From the NCBI GenBank assembly GCA_965203295.1, contig CBDBCZ010000019.1, forward strand, positions 1,824,001 through 1,888,000: a DNA stretch of 64,000 bases, written 5' to 3'. The translations under genes were made by a program, and so were the position numbers. The notes under the pieces were generated by a model. The model made no database searches and was not told the origin of the DNA. It saw only the letters and a list, made by a program, of their open reading frames with translations. The stretch comes from Nitrospirales bacterium (GTDB taxonomy: Bacteria; Nitrospirota; Nitrospiria; Nitrospirales; UBA8639). Below are positions 1 through 11,257 of the stretch, piece by piece (positions within the stretch are counted from its first letter, which is position 1; every line of letters starts with the position of its first letter).

Positions 1-228
1 ATGGGAAGGTGCGGTTAAAGTCCGAGTGATGATCCTGAAAGACGGAAACCAGGGCAAGTACGAATTCGAAAAAGTAGTGGGCATGAGGTATTAGATAAAG
101 CTGCAGTCAATGCTGTTCGTACTTGGCATTTCATTCCAGCGCGAGATGGAAACATCCCAGTAAAAAGTGTGGTTGAAATCCCTATCAATTTTGACCTTCG
201 AACACAGGAACAAAAAACCTCATCGTGA
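1..228 (+). CDS. tonB: TonB C-terminal domain protein, 5'-truncated by window edge, apparent -1 frameshift at ~46-48
   Basis: Frame 2 reads WEGAVKVRVMILKDG; frame 1 continues PGQVRIRKSSGHEVLDKAAVNAVRTWHFIPARDGNIPVKSVVEIPINFDL (TonB_C SSG..LD.AA..AV..W.F.P motif); stop overlaps exbB GTG. Confidence 0.85.
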
Positions 229-830
229 TCGATATATTGCTAAAAGGTGGGTGGATGATGGTCCCTATTGTAGGATGCTCTGTCATTGCAGTGGGGGTGA
301 TCATCGAGAGATTTCGGTTGTTTCTGACAATCCGCGACAGGGTTCAGGCTAATCAAATGCTCGCCCTGATACAGAAACAAAAATACACTGACGCCCTTCA
401 ACTTGCAGAACGATCACCCACACTTCTTATTCGAGTCTTAAGCGCTGGCATCTTATCCCGCACCCATGAACCAGAAAGGGCCATGGAGGCAGCCGGCATG
501 GCCGAAATTGCGTCGTTAAAAAGAGGCCTCCCGGCCCTCGATACCATTATCACCCTTGCTCCCCTTCTTGGACTATTAGGCACAATTGTCGGAATGATCG
601 ATTCGTTTGGAATTATGGCTGAATCCGGGATTGGGCAACCTCAAGCTGTGACGGGAGGAGTTGCTGAAGCTCTCATTTGCACAGCAGCGGGAATATTTGT
701 CGCAGTCACAACCCTGATCCCCTACAATTATTTCCAAGCCCGTATCGAGCGATACACTGAACTTATTGAAGAGTATGCCACACAAGCGGAAGCCGTATTT
801 CAGGAAGCCTCTAAGGAGAAACTCTTTTGA
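225..830 (+). CDS. exbB: MotA/TolQ/ExbB proton channel protein
   Basis: APLLGLLGTIVGMI and GGVAEALICTAAG motifs; follows tonB. Confidence 0.92.
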   Translation: MIDILLKGGWMMVPIVGCSVIAVGVIIERFRLFLTIRDRVQANQMLALIQKQKYTDALQLAERSPTLLIRVLSAGILSRTHEPERAMEAAGMAEIASLKRGLPALDTIITLAPLLGLLGTIVGMIDSFGIMAESGIGQPQAVTGGVAEALICTAAGIFVAVTTLIPYNYFQARIERYTELIEEYATQAEAVFQEASKEKLF

Positions 831-1234
831 GATTGCCGGCATCCACGAAAAAGAAGGCACGGATCGAGATCATTCCCATGATTGACACCATGTTTTTCTT
901 GTTGGTGTTTTTCATGATTGCGACTCTCTCCATGACACTCCAGCGTGGCATGCCAGTTAATCTACCCAAAGTCAGTACGGCTTCGGATAAAGTGCCAGAC
1001 GAGGCATCGATCACGGTCACTCCCAAAGAGGACTTGTATTTGAACAAAGAGCCGATTACCTTAAACCAACTTGAAACTCAACTCACAATGCTACTTGAAA
1101 CCAGCGGCAAACCTTCGGTTATTATCAATGCAGATGAAACAGTCTCACATGGGCGTGTGATCAAGGTCATGGATACGGTGCGAAAAACTGGCATCCACAA
1201 CATGGCCATCGTAACAAAGCCGATCGATCGCTAA
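827..1234 (+). CDS. exbD: ExbD/TolR biopolymer transporter
   Basis: IEIIPMIDTMFFLLVFFMI TM segment; INAD...HGRVIKVMD motif. Confidence 0.92.
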   Translation: MRLPASTKKKARIEIIPMIDTMFFLLVFFMIATLSMTLQRGMPVNLPKVSTASDKVPDEASITVTPKEDLYLNKEPITLNQLETQLTMLLETSGKPSVIINADETVSHGRVIKVMDTVRKTGIHNMAIVTKPIDR

Positions 1235-1245
1235 ATATTGCGAGC

Positions 1246-1620
1246 ATGAAACAGATAACCTCCATGAAAAAGTGTCTAGCGACGACAGCCGTCTGTTTGA
1301 CCGGACTGTATCTGACATTGGCTTTTGTGGCGCTCCTCTGCGCATCCAACCATACCCAAGATCATGGAGCTCCTGCTGGTGTCTCTGTCCATTCCTACTC
1401 CGGTGGCTCGGAAGCTGGAAGACAAAGTATGTTTAAACATCTTTTACGTGTCAATGAGGCTGCCGAAGCACTAAATGTGAGTCGGTGGACAGTCTATCGT
1501 TGGATTGATGAAGGTCGATTGGAGGCTACTAAAATTGGAAAAGGTAGTCTTCGTGTATTCAGTCGGTCAATCATATCGCTGTTAGAACAAAATCGAAAGG
1601 AACAATTTTCCCCTGATTGA
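1246..1620 (+). CDS. Excisionase-like HTH (HTH_17) DNA-binding protein; core probably 1429-1620, with an in-frame hydrophobic/His N-terminal extension
   Basis: LLRVNEAAEALNVSRWTVYRWIDEGRLEATKIG is a typical HTH_17 pattern; ATG at 1429. Confidence 0.7.
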   Translation: MKQITSMKKCLATTAVCLTGLYLTLAFVALLCASNHTQDHGAPAGVSVHSYSGGSEAGRQSMFKHLLRVNEAAEALNVSRWTVYRWIDEGRLEATKIGKGSLRVFSRSIISLLEQNRKEQFSPD

Positions 1621-1769
1621 ACATTTTCCGGATAATCGCTTCAAAGAATTTGTTGCAACCATGAGAAAGGATGAGCAAGATCCACTAGCATTTCCTCTTT
1701 CTGAGAACTACGATGGGTCGCAATGGATAGGGCCGAAACTTTGTGTCCCTTACTCTCACATATGAAAAA

Positions 1770-2078
1770 GTGATGAGATACAACCCGCTCAAAAGGATTT
1801 TCATTGGAAGCCTGATCCTTTGTTTTGTCTTGGTCAGTACGGCTGTGGCAGGAAGTCTTGCCAAACACGCCATTCACCAAGGCCACGACAAAAACTCTCA
1901 CTCCCAAACATGGTGTGGTTGGATCTGCAAAGCTGGGCAAGCCATTCAAGCCCCCTCACTTGAAGTTGATCCAACCTTTTACCTCATCACCATAGCCGAA
2001 GATGGACTACCCGTTTCCGTCCCCTTGATCTTGACCAATGCCTTTCGGTCTCGCGCTCCCCCCATCCTCTCTTCCTAA
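1770..2078 (+). CDS. DUF2946-like small protein (TM, His-rich, Cys motif, C-terminal RAPP)
   Basis: N-terminal hydrophobic helix, HAIHQGHDKNSHS, WCGWIC, ends RSRAPPILSS. Confidence 0.7.
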   Translation: MMRYNPLKRIFIGSLILCFVLVSTAVAGSLAKHAIHQGHDKNSHSQTWCGWICKAGQAIQAPSLEVDPTFYLITIAEDGLPVSVPLILTNAFRSRAPPILSS

Positions 2079-2364
2079 ATTTCCCTAGCCACATTTTCCA
2101 AAAGTCGATCCATTCAGTCTTTTTCAGAGGCTAAATTGTCTCTTTATAGCAGTTTGACTCTGGCATTAAACGAAAAGGTACGTGGATTTTGTGCCGAATC
2201 GAGCTGGGAACCATACCACCTCGAGATTGGGGAACCAGTGTGGATTCATGATTGACAGGAATTATTCTTAAGGTGCCTTCAATCAGGAACGGGCTATTTT
2301 GACAACCAAGCACATTAAGAATGGAACGCAGGTCCGCAACTGCAGAAGAGGGAGTCATTTGTTC

Positions 2365-3204
2365 ATGATACGTGAGTTCAACGTTTTGTCATACTCCAAG
2401 CACATGACTGCATCCGTGGTGACGGGTCTGGCTATGACCTTAGCTTGGTCTCCAGCCCACGCAGATGAGGTATTCGCCTTAAAGTTAGCTCCCACAGCTT
2501 CTAGCACCCGCATGTGAAAAAAAATTCGCACAGACCAAGAAATCCGTATAGCAGTCGCTGACCATCGGAAATTGGTCCTGAGAAGAGTACCAGGTCAGTT
2601 CATCCCATATGAATCAGAGGAAGACAGAAAAAAGGAATATGTGCACTATATAACGCTGGAAGACCTCACAAATGGGATCATACGAGAAGGAGCCGTGGCA
2701 TTCGATAGAAACCATGCCGCAATTTTTCAAAGGGATTCTTCCGAGGGGATTTCCCGAGGGGAGTTCATTTCCACAATTCCAGTCGAGCAACAAGCAATTG
2801 CAGAAAGAGGGCTGAATACCTTTTTACGTCTTCACCTAGTCTTTAATGCAGCCGTTGAGGCATGCCGCCCCTACCCGAGCAAAGTTATCTACTCCACTGA
2901 TGACGAATTTGACAAGATCGAAAAAGGAAATATCCGGTATCGAGATTTGGTCAAAGCCTTCAATGCCAATCCGGCACCTTCAGTAGAACTCATTTTTTAT
3001 GAAAAAGGAAAACAGGGAGGGTTTTTCGACCCTCATGTTAATACAAAAAATGTCAGTTACCATGCCATAAACCCGTTACATTTTTATGTCTTTGAAGCAT
3101 TCTTTCATAAAAAGCAGGTGAACAAGGCAAAGGTGGAAAGTTCCCTGCCTCAAAATCTCGTTGTCGACGAACACAACGGATTTGAGTCTTCTGTAACCCA
3201 ATGA
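2365..3204 (+). pseudogene. Secreted hypothetical protein interrupted by in-frame TGA at 2515-2517
   Basis: RBS-like GAGGGAG, signal peptide ending AHA-D; ORFs 2299-2517 and 2572-3204 share a frame with only one stop between them. Confidence 0.6.
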
Positions 3205-3366
3205 TTGTGAATTTTTAAATGGCCCTTCGACGAGCCTTTAGTTTAGGAGAATCGATGGAAAACTCCTCTTAGAGCAACAAAACTATATGGCAGGAAGAAG
3301 CAAATTATTCCAGAGACTTAAAAATGCAAGAAACCCTCGGCACCACTCGTTATGAGTGGGGATCCA

Positions 3367-3825
3367 TCAAGGCGTCCCATGGGAAACTTGTGAGAAAAAT
3401 AGCCCGCGATTGATATCCCCAATACTGATCATCCCTACAAGTTTGCCATTTCCCACGACAGGAATTCGTCGAAAGTGTTTTAATCCCATATAGGAAGCAA
3501 CTTCAAGAATAGGATCATCCGGAGAAACGGTCAGGGGATTCTTACTCATCACTTCTTCCACGTTCTTCTTTAAAACATCTGAATAGCCTTCTTCCATAGA
3601 GACAAAGTCCCGACTATGGACACTGTCGTGAATGTATTCCCCATAATTGGGGTATAAGGGAAGCATCACATCCCGAACCGCAACTAATCCAACCAATTTT
3701 CCGCTATCATCAACCACAGGTATGGCACCACAATGACGGGCCACCATTTTCAACACGACAGATCTCACAGTATCTGTTTCCTTGACAGTCACCACTCCCG
3801 TCGACATCACATCACGTACAAGCAT
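3367..3825 (-). CDS. CBS domain pair protein
   Basis: Two CBS repeats (VRDVMS...GAIPVVD..GKLVG; VEEVMS...RRIPVV..GKLVGMISIGDI). Confidence 0.9.
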   Translation of the reverse strand: MLVRDVMSTGVVTVKETDTVRSVVLKMVARHCGAIPVVDDSGKLVGLVAVRDVMLPLYPNYGEYIHDSVHSRDFVSMEEGYSDVLKKNVEEVMSKNPLTVSPDDPILEVASYMGLKHFRRIPVVGNGKLVGMISIGDINRGLFFSQVSHGTP

Positions 3826-3975
3826 AAACCCTCCTTTCTGTGTATAAACTAGCCATTTTTTCGGATAACTCGCGTTGGCTTCCTATTACCAATGCTCTGA
3901 CTATTAATGACATTGGAGAGATTCTCCAATACCATTCAAGATTCCTCTCATTTCCTGAAATCGTCTATGTATGCT

Positions 3976-4939
3976 TTAGAGTTTCCCATGAAAAACCAAG
4001 GTATCCGAATGAAAAGCGTACCAAGCAAACCAATAGGCCATCACAGATGGAATCAGGTTCCCCTTTGTATTGACCACAACTGCACTCTGAGCCTTGTGGT
4101 TATACTGGACGACAACATTATACCCGTTCACATTGTCCTTTAGGGAGCTTTTTTGCTTCTTCAGCTCTGAAAAAGGATAGGCCTTAAAAACCCCCTCTAG
4201 TTCTACTCCTACAACCCATTCCTTCGGATGAAAACGACCGTCCGACTTTCGGGTCGAGAACATGAGATCAGCCCGCTGAGCATAACCAAGGTAAGGATCT
4301 CGATCATAATCTCGGTGATACCAGGTTTTATCGGAAAGAACAAGACTTTGCGGATGATTCTTTTTCCAATCACCCCACGTCGTATGCTCCAGAAAAAGAT
4401 GATGGAGTGTATCCCCTGTCATGGGACCCGCAACAGCTTCCATAGCAATTTGAGACCAAAGACTCTCCGTCTGGTGGTCATACATCAACAGATCGCTCTG
4501 ATAAAGGAGACGAGAGACACCAAATGTTACTTTTTCACCATTAACCATACCTATGAAGCCAATCCCCGTCCCACAAAGTGGGCAATAAGTCACGACAATA
4601 GGCTCTCCCTTTACCGTGTCATTCACAATCTCATGCCAATTCAAGATTTTGATAGGATAAACTTTTGTTTCGTTACCTTTCTTCATATCTAAAACCCGAT
4701 CTTCATCCACTAAAAACGTCGCCTCAGAGGCAGGAATAAATACTGGCGTTAAAAGGGCTGGGATACCATCTCTCGGCGGCCCACCTGGAAAGATCTCTTC
4801 GAGGGGTATGTTGTGTTCGGATACATCAAAGCCAATTGAAGCTGAATACGAAGACTAAACACAGCATACCCCCAGCCGTAATGGATCCAAGCCAAATGCA
4901 GACTTGATGAAGAGCCTTGTTTCGAAAAATGGTAATCAT
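3976..4939 (-). pseudogene. DUF3179 family protein, +1 frameshift at ~4833-4836
   Basis: GGPPRDGIPAL, WHEIVND, TYCPLCGTG, YWFAWYAFH motifs; signal-peptide frame from ATG 4939 is out of frame by one extra T. Confidence 0.8.
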
Positions 4940-4986
4940 CTTGTGATTTATCACCTATGAACCTTTCTGCTATTCTATTCAATCAA

Positions 4987-6085
4987 ATGATCAAGAAAAT
5001 CAGAAAGTTAAGTCTTTTCTCGCAGAACTGGCTATTGATCTGTTGGCTTCTGTCCCTCTCAACTGCAACGTTTGCCCAGGACACTGGGCCTAAAATCCTA
5101 TCTCGTAAACACTACCGCCCTGAATTAACCACTGCACAGAACATTTTCATTCAAGCTCGAGCCTATGATGGACCCGTGCAGGTTGATGCGACTCCTATTC
5201 TCGACATTATGACTCGCCGGATGGAAAATTTCGGGTATACCGTTTTTACGGACTTCCCTTATCAACGGGATGCAGAAGTGCAGATTGTCTGCACCGAGCC
5301 GAAAAACTCTTTCCCTCAGATCGAAAGCGTGGAAAGTTCGAATAACGACACAGTCCCTCCACCCTGCGCACTCCATTTATTTCTTTAAAGGACAAAAAGA
5401 AGAATGGCAACGCATTGACCGCATCGTGTTCAACAAGGGAGTGCACGCAACCCAGCGCGCTCAAGTGCACACTCATGGTCATAGTCTTTTGGCATTCTCA
5501 ATTCGTTACCTTGAAGAATACGATTTTCCGCTCCTGCTCACAGCAGAATGGTTTCAGGTTGCACGCCTTTCGACTCATCTGGATGATCCAAACACACCAT
5601 TACCTCGCAAATTAAAGATCATTGACATGCTTGGGGAGATTCTTGGGGAAGCTGCCTATCCTTGTCTCATCGATGCCCTCCAGCAAGATGAATTGAAAAA
5701 AAGAGCAACCTATTCCTTAGGGTTTTTTGGGAAAAAAGCTCAGCCTCATCTCGTCAGTTTGCTCAAAGATGATCAGGATATCGAGGTCCAGGCCACTGCA
5801 GCCCAAAGCCTAGGACAAATTGGAGGCATGACAGGTGATACAAGTTTAACCCCTTTGATGCTCGACAGGCTCACAACCCCTGGTGTTGATATGAGAGTGC
5901 AAACCGAAATTGTGTGGGCATTGGGAAAGGCACCAGATTTTCGAGCCTTTCCGGTCTTGGAAGAACTCTATCATAGGGTCTGGAATATCCGGTCAAACGA
6001 CCCTGAGTTACAACGGCTTCGTGAAGCCGTAGATTGGAGTATTCGAGAGGTTCGACAAGGCGGGCATACCGATGATTATGAGTAA
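4987..6085 (+). pseudogene. Exported HEAT-repeat protein, +1 frameshift at ~5376-5378
   Basis: Signal peptide (ATFA-Q) in one frame, HEAT repeats (AAQSLGQIG, IVWALGK) in the next frame. Confidence 0.65.
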
Positions 6086-6199
6086 GTTCTTTAAGAGGCG
6101 TCATGCTCGACCAGAAAAACCTTGGTTTCCTTTCAAAAATATGGCATGGTGGTGACCGACAAAGGAATTCTAGCGACTTATAGATAAGAGAGTCATATC

Positions 6200-6679
6200 A
6201 TGCAATGGTGGCACTGGGCCCTCGCTGGCTTGGGATTAATAGGATTAGAAATTCTCACACTCGGTGGATTGGGGAATTTTTATTTCCTGTTTTTCGGAAT
6301 AGCCGCCCTGTTGGTCAGTATACTGGTATGGCTTGGTCTCACCGATCCAGTGTGGCTTCAATGGATATTATTCGCTGTGTTCGGGATTGCCACACTTTTT
6401 GTGTTACGAAAACCACTCCAGAAGAAGATTCCCGCCAAGATAAAGAAAAAGGAAGCCGACCTCGTCGATTCCCTCGTAGGGCAAGTGGCCACCCTCTTGG
6501 AAGACCTTCCGGCTCAGGCCGCAGGAAAAGCGGAATTGCATGGCTCAACGTGGACTGTCCGAAACGCCGGGGAGACACCCCTTGTGAGAGGGCAGCGAAG
6601 TCAAGTCATTCGGGTTGATGGACTGACGCTGTGGATTCAAGCTGAGCCCCCAATAAAGGAGGAACAACATGTCGGGTGA
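6200..6679 (+). CDS. NfeD family (YbbJ-like) membrane protein
   Basis: Hydrophobic N-terminus plus OB-fold tail (G.A.LHGSTW, V..VDGLTL); precedes SPFH gene. Confidence 0.9.
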   Translation: MQWWHWALAGLGLIGLEILTLGGLGNFYFLFFGIAALLVSILVWLGLTDPVWLQWILFAVFGIATLFVLRKPLQKKIPAKIKKKEADLVDSLVGQVATLLEDLPAQAAGKAELHGSTWTVRNAGETPLVRGQRSQVIRVDGLTLWIQAEPPIKEEQHVG

Positions 6680-7604
6680 ATTAATTGTTGGGATCATGTT
6701 CACCTTTCTGGCGTTTATTATCCTAGCCAAAACTGCTGTCATTGTCCCCCAACAGACAGCCTACGTGGTTGAGCGCCTGGGCAAATATTCCTCAACCCTC
6801 CATGCAGGATTCCACCTCTTGATTCCATTTTTTGACGTCGCCAGGTACAAACATACGCTCAAAGAAGTGGCGGTGGATGTCCCCGAGCAGATTTGCATTA
6901 CCAGGGACAACGTCCAAGTCTCGATAGACGGAATACTCTATATAAAAGTGCTCGATCCGGAACGAGCCTCTTATGGTATCACCAACTATCAATTTGCCAT
7001 TTCTCAACTGGCCCAAACTACCCTCCGAAGTGAAATCGGCAAAATTGATTTAGACCGAACGTTCGAAGAGCGAACGAACATTAACATTCAGGTGGTCAAC
7101 GAATTGGATAAAGCCTCAGACCCGTGGGGCATTAAAGTCTTGCGCTATGAAATCCGGAATATCACTCCCCCACAGGACGTCTTGAACGCCATGGAAAAAC
7201 AGATGCGCGCAGAACGAGAAAAACGAGCCGTCATCCTGAATTCAGAGGGAGAGCGAGACGCCGTCATTAACACAGCCGAAGGGGACAAACAACAAGTAAT
7301 CAAGGCTTCAGAGGCCAAGAAACAGCAGCAGATCAACGAAGCTGAAGGACAGGCCGCTGCGATTCTCGCCATAGCCAATGCGACCGCGGAAGGCATTCGA
7401 AAAGTGGCTGACTCTATTCAAGTAGCTGGAGGTTACGAAGCCGTTCAGCTTCGTGTAGCGGAACAGTACATTACCGAGTTCGGGGAACTAGCCAAGGCCA
7501 GTAACACGCTCGTTCTTCCAGCCAGCGTTTCAGACGTGGGTTCAATGATTGCGCTAGCCATGAATGTCATCAAGCAAAAACCTGGACCAGCGACACCTAC
7601 GTAA
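6669..7604 (+). CDS. SPFH/band-7 (stomatin/paraslipin, QmcA-like) protein
   Basis: VVERLGKY, ITRDNV, AQTTLRSEIG, QMRAEREKRA motifs. Confidence 0.93.
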   Translation: MSGELIVGIMFTFLAFIILAKTAVIVPQQTAYVVERLGKYSSTLHAGFHLLIPFFDVARYKHTLKEVAVDVPEQICITRDNVQVSIDGILYIKVLDPERASYGITNYQFAISQLAQTTLRSEIGKIDLDRTFEERTNINIQVVNELDKASDPWGIKVLRYEIRNITPPQDVLNAMEKQMRAEREKRAVILNSEGERDAVINTAEGDKQQVIKASEAKKQQQINEAEGQAAAILAIANATAEGIRKVADSIQVAGGYEAVQLRVAEQYITEFGELAKASNTLVLPASVSDVGSMIALAMNVIKQKPGPATPT

Positions 7605-7633
7605 GAACCGGGCTCTCTTTGCAGACCGATGCC

Positions 7634-7927
7634 CTATTCTGACCAGGATTTCCGTTCAGAGTGACCCAAATCTTTATCAGGCGCCACGCAGTCTCGAATT
7701 AATTGTTTTAATTCTTTGGATTCAGGAAACCTTCCTTGAGCAGCCCTTGAGAAGACGATCTCTCCCTGAACCCGAACATCAAATACCACGCCTGCTCCCG
7801 GAACTAACGCAACCTCGCCTAATTCACCCTCAAAAGTAGTGAGTAATTCCTGCGCCATCCACGCAGCACGCAACAGCCACCGGCATTGCGTGCAGTATTC
7901 AATCTCAACTCAAGGCAGACCTTTCAT
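7634..7927 (-). pseudogene. Rdx (SelT/SelW/SelH-like) protein with in-frame TGA at codon 6
   Basis: MKGLP*VEIEYCTQCRWLLRAAWMAQELL...FPESKELKQLIRD...LGHS. Confidence 0.85.
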
Positions 7928-7957
7928 AAGGAAACGCCTGGGACTGTAGACTCGACC

Positions 7958-8118
7958 TCAATCTCCATAATGCGTTCTTGCCCGTTCGATATAGACTTTC
8001 TTGGTCAATACCTCCGTCAGGAGGTTTCTCGGTGTGATCTTCAGTTTGGGGGAAAGCGTGTCGATGTCTTTTTTGACTTGGCGCGTAATGGAATCGTGTA
8101 AGCCTTCTTCTCATTCAC
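7958..8118 (-). pseudogene. Txe/YoeB-RelE-like toxin remnant (frameshift and internal deletion)
   Basis: Remnant ITRQVKKDIDTLSPKLK...VYIERARTHYGD*; overlaps the antitoxin stop. Confidence 0.65.
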
Positions 8119-8356
8119 CAAAGATCTCTTTCATGGAATAGGTCTGCCTTTTCTTAATCTCTTGCTTAGCTTTTCTGACACCTTTCAACGCCCCAGGTGT
8201 CGACAGCAATTCCAGAGTTTCGAGCAAACTTTCGTAGTCGTCTTCAGACAAAACGATCACTACGCCCTGCTTTGAGGTCACACGAAATTGTTTGCATCCC
8301 CTCACGGCTGACTTAATGAGATCGCTTTTTGCTTGAGTCGCTGTTAACGTTTTCAT
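8111..8356 (-). CDS. Phd/YefM family antitoxin
   Basis: MKTLTATQAK N-terminus; SEDDYESLLETLELLSTPG motif. Confidence 0.85.
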   Translation of the reverse strand: MKTLTATQAKSDLIKSAVRGCKQFRVTSKQGVVIVLSEDDYESLLETLELLSTPGALKGVRKAKQEIKKRQTYSMKEIFGE

Positions 8357-8385
8357 TATCGAGTAAAACCATTCAACTGGCTAAC

Positions 8386-10875
8386 TTACAAAGCAACTTT
8401 CCTAAGTCGCAGTGCATTCGTAATAACTGACACTGAGCTAAACGTCATGGCGACACTAGCAAAGATGGGGCTAAGCAGAATACCGAACCATGGATAGAGG
8501 ATACCGGCCGCGACAGGAACACCAAGTGCATTATACAGAAAGGCAAAAAAGAGGTTCTGTCGAATATTGCCCATGGTGGCTTGACTTAACTTTCTGGCGC
8601 GCACGATTCCACGCAAATCCCCTCGCACAAGAGTCACAGCCGCACTTTCCATGGCGACATCGGTTCCTGTTCCCATAGCGATACCGACGTCAGCTTGTGC
8701 TAAGGCAGGCGCATCATTGATGCCATCCCCAGCCATGGCCACGACATAGCCCTTTTCTTGAAGTCGTTTGATCTCTTTACCCTTATGATCCGGTAGCAAT
8801 TCCGGGATGACTTCCTGAATGCCCAGTTTTTTGGCCACAACCTCTGCTGTGAATCGGTTGTCACCAGTGAGCATTACGAGCCGGATATTGGCTTCACGTA
8901 ATTTATCCAGAGCCTCTGGGGTAGAAGCCTTGATGGGATCAATCACTCCCAGAATTCCCGCCAGCTTCCTTTCAACAGTGACAAACATCACGGTCTGTCC
9001 CTCCCGACGCAGAGCCAGCGCCCTCTGATTCCCTTGCGCCAAATCAGCTGGTTGAATGGTCAGCTCTTGAAGGAAGGCTTCCGTTCCAGTCGCCACTTCT
9101 CGTCCATTTACGACTCCCTGCACACCTTTTCCTAATAGAACCTGAAAATGCTCAGCCTTGAACACTTCCAAGTTCCATTCATGAGCCTTCGATACGATGG
9201 CTGAAGCCAGAGGGTGCTCACTCCCCTGCTCCAAACTCGCAGCTAACTGAAGAAGCTCGGACTCGCTGATCCCTGAAAGAGACTCCACAACTTGAACCTT
9301 TGGCTTACCTTCGGTCAACGTGCCGGTTTTATCAACAACAACCGTATCAATCTTTTCTAGTCGTTCGAGGGATTCAGCATTTCTAATGAGAACCCCTTCA
9401 GTAGCTCCACGACCCGTCCCAACCATAATGGACATTGGCGTGGCCAGACCAAGAGCACAGGGGCAGGCAATGATTAGCACAGCCACCGCATTCACCAAGG
9501 CATACACCATCTTTGGCTCTGGTCCGACCACCCCCCAAATGACAGATGTGATCACGGCCGTTAAGACAACAGCCGGCACAAAATAGCCAGAGACAACATC
9601 GGCCAGTCGTTGAATTGGTGCCCGGCTGCGTTGTGCTTCGCTCACCATATGGACGATTCGAGCCAGAAGGGTTTCTCTCCCCACATGCTCTGCCTTCATC
9701 AGAAAGCTTCCCATGCCATTGATAGTGCCTCCGCTCACTTGTTCACCTACCATTTTTTCTACAGGGATTGATTCTCCTGTGAGCATAGATTCATCTACGC
9801 TGCTTTGGCCCTCGAGGATGACTCCATCCACCGGAATTTTTTCACCAGGACGAACACGAAGCCGATCACCGACTTTTACATGGTCCAAAGGAATATCTTT
9901 TTCGGTTCCATCTTGGAAGACCAGACGAGCTTCCTTCGGCGCAAGACCTAACAGCGCTTTCATTGCACTTGTGGTTTGGCTTCGTGCCCGTAGCTCCAAG
10001 ATTTGCCCAAGCGCTACTAACACCAGGATCACTGCAGCCGCCTCAAAATACACGGGCACGTCACCCGCAGCGCTGCGAAATGATTCTGGGAATATTCCAG
10101 GCGCGACTGTCGCAACCGTACTATAGAGGTAAGCTGTTCCCGTTCCCATGGCAATAAGCGTAAACATGTTCAAACTACGATTAACCAGAGAAGCCCATCC
10201 ACGTTGAAAAAACGGCCATCCGACCCACAACACAACTGGAGTCGCCAATGCCCATTCAGCTAATGCACGTGACCGGCTTGATAAAAATCCTTGAAAGAGC
10301 TGTCCGGGAATCATCTCACCCATAGCCAAAATCACCACTGGAATGGCCAAGATCAGTCCGATCCAAAACCTGCGATTCATATCAACTAATTCAGGATTGT
10401 TCTCTTCCTCTACGGAAATAGTCTGTGGTTCTAACGCCATCCCGCACTTAGGGCATGACCCAGGTTGATCTTGCACGACTTCGGGATGCATCGGGCATAC
10501 GTATTGGGTTTTCGTCGTAGGAAGAACACCCAACTCTGGTTCCAGAGCCATGCCGCACATAGGACAGGCGCTGGGTGTGTCGCTTTCGACCTCTGGACAC
10601 ATGGGGCAGATATACTTACTTGCGCCGGGAGTAGGCTCTGGTTCCATAGTTTGCTGATATTTGCCGGCCAAGTATCCATCAGGATCAGCACTAAATCGCT
10701 TCACACAATGCTCGCTGCAAAAGAAATACGTCTTCCCGCTATGGTCCATTTTTCCTGCCGCTTGGAGGGGATCGACCGTCATCCCACACACGGGATCCGT
10801 GACTTCTTCCACCTTCGCCATCATCAAATTCCTGCGCTTGGGCTTATCTTTTGTTTTGTTCTGTTGATCTTCCAC
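8386..10875 (-). CDS. copA: Cu(I)/Ag(I)-translocating P1B-type ATPase with YHS and two heavy-metal-binding domains
   Basis: DPVCGM/FCS..C YHS domain, YxCPM(C/H)P..CPxCGM repeats, [26 protein letters not shown] and MTFSS. Confidence 0.93.
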   Translation of the reverse strand: MEDQQNKTKDKPKRRNLMMAKVEEVTDPVCGMTVDPLQAAGKMDHSGKTYFFCSEHCVKRFSADPDGYLAGKYQQTMEPEPTPGASKYICPMCPEVESDTPSACPMCGMALEPELGVLPTTKTQYVCPMHPEVVQDQPGSCPKCGMALEPQTISVEEENNPELVDMNRRFWIGLILAIPVVILAMGEMIPGQLFQGFLSSRSRALAEWALATPVVLWVGWPFFQRGWASLVNRSLNMFTLIAMGTGTAYLYSTVATVAPGIFPESFRSAAGDVPVYFEAAAVILVLVALGQILELRARSQTTSAMKALLGLAPKEARLVFQDGTEKDIPLDHVKVGDRLRVRPGEKIPVDGVILEGQSSVDESMLTGESIPVEKMVGEQVSGGTINGMGSFLMKAEHVGRETLLARIVHMVSEAQRSRAPIQRLADVVSGYFVPAVVLTAVITSVIWGVVGPEPKMVYALVNAVAVLIIACPCALGLATPMSIMVGTGRGATEGVLIRNAESLERLEKIDTVVVDKTGTLTEGKPKVQVVESLSGISESELLQLAASLEQGSEHPLASAIVSKAHEWNLEVFKAEHFQVLLGKGVQGVVNGREVATGTEAFLQELTIQPADLAQGNQRALALRREGQTVMFVTVERKLAGILGVIDPIKASTPEALDKLREANIRLVMLTGDNRFTAEVVAKKLGIQEVIPELLPDHKGKEIKRLQEKGYVVAMAGDGINDAPALAQADVGIAMGTGTDVAMESAAVTLVRGDLRGIVRARKLSQATMGNIRQNLFFAFLYNALGVPVAAGILYPWFGILLSPIFASVAMTFSSVSVITNALRLRKVAL

Positions 10876-11257
10876 TATGACAACCTTAAAAAGGTAAATA
10901 CGTGATCATTCCAGACATCATCATTTTATCATCTCTGGCAACCCTATTTGGCGAACAGGAATTTCCTATCCTAGAATCTCAGCAAAATGCTCCAGACTCT
11001 TAACAGACGACCTTCGATTTGATTTGGTCTAATACCCTCTCACGTTCCTACTGAAAAAAGCACGCATTTGATCAATACATGTCTATTATTTTCTATTTGT
11101 ATACTCCGACACTACCGAATACAATAGCTGCTGCCCAGCAACATTCCTTGTTTGGCTAGGAGCTAAGAACGACAACATTCAACAGACTGAAAGAGTCTCA
11201 CCCCATGAAAAAGAACTCAAGACGAGACACCTTTAATCTGGAGAATCAAATCCTTCC

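Noticed and set aside
1429..1620. Prophage or ICE excisionase
   Set aside because: No integrase, att site or phage genes in the window; stand-alone HTH_17 proteins are common
2080..2360. Cobalamin or other riboswitch near the TonB locus
   Set aside because: I could not find a B12 box or other conserved riboswitch core by eye; an Rfam scan is needed to exclude it
7634..7927. Selenocysteine in the SelW-like protein
   Set aside because: The TGA is upstream of the redox motif, which is already CTQC; Arg is expected at that position
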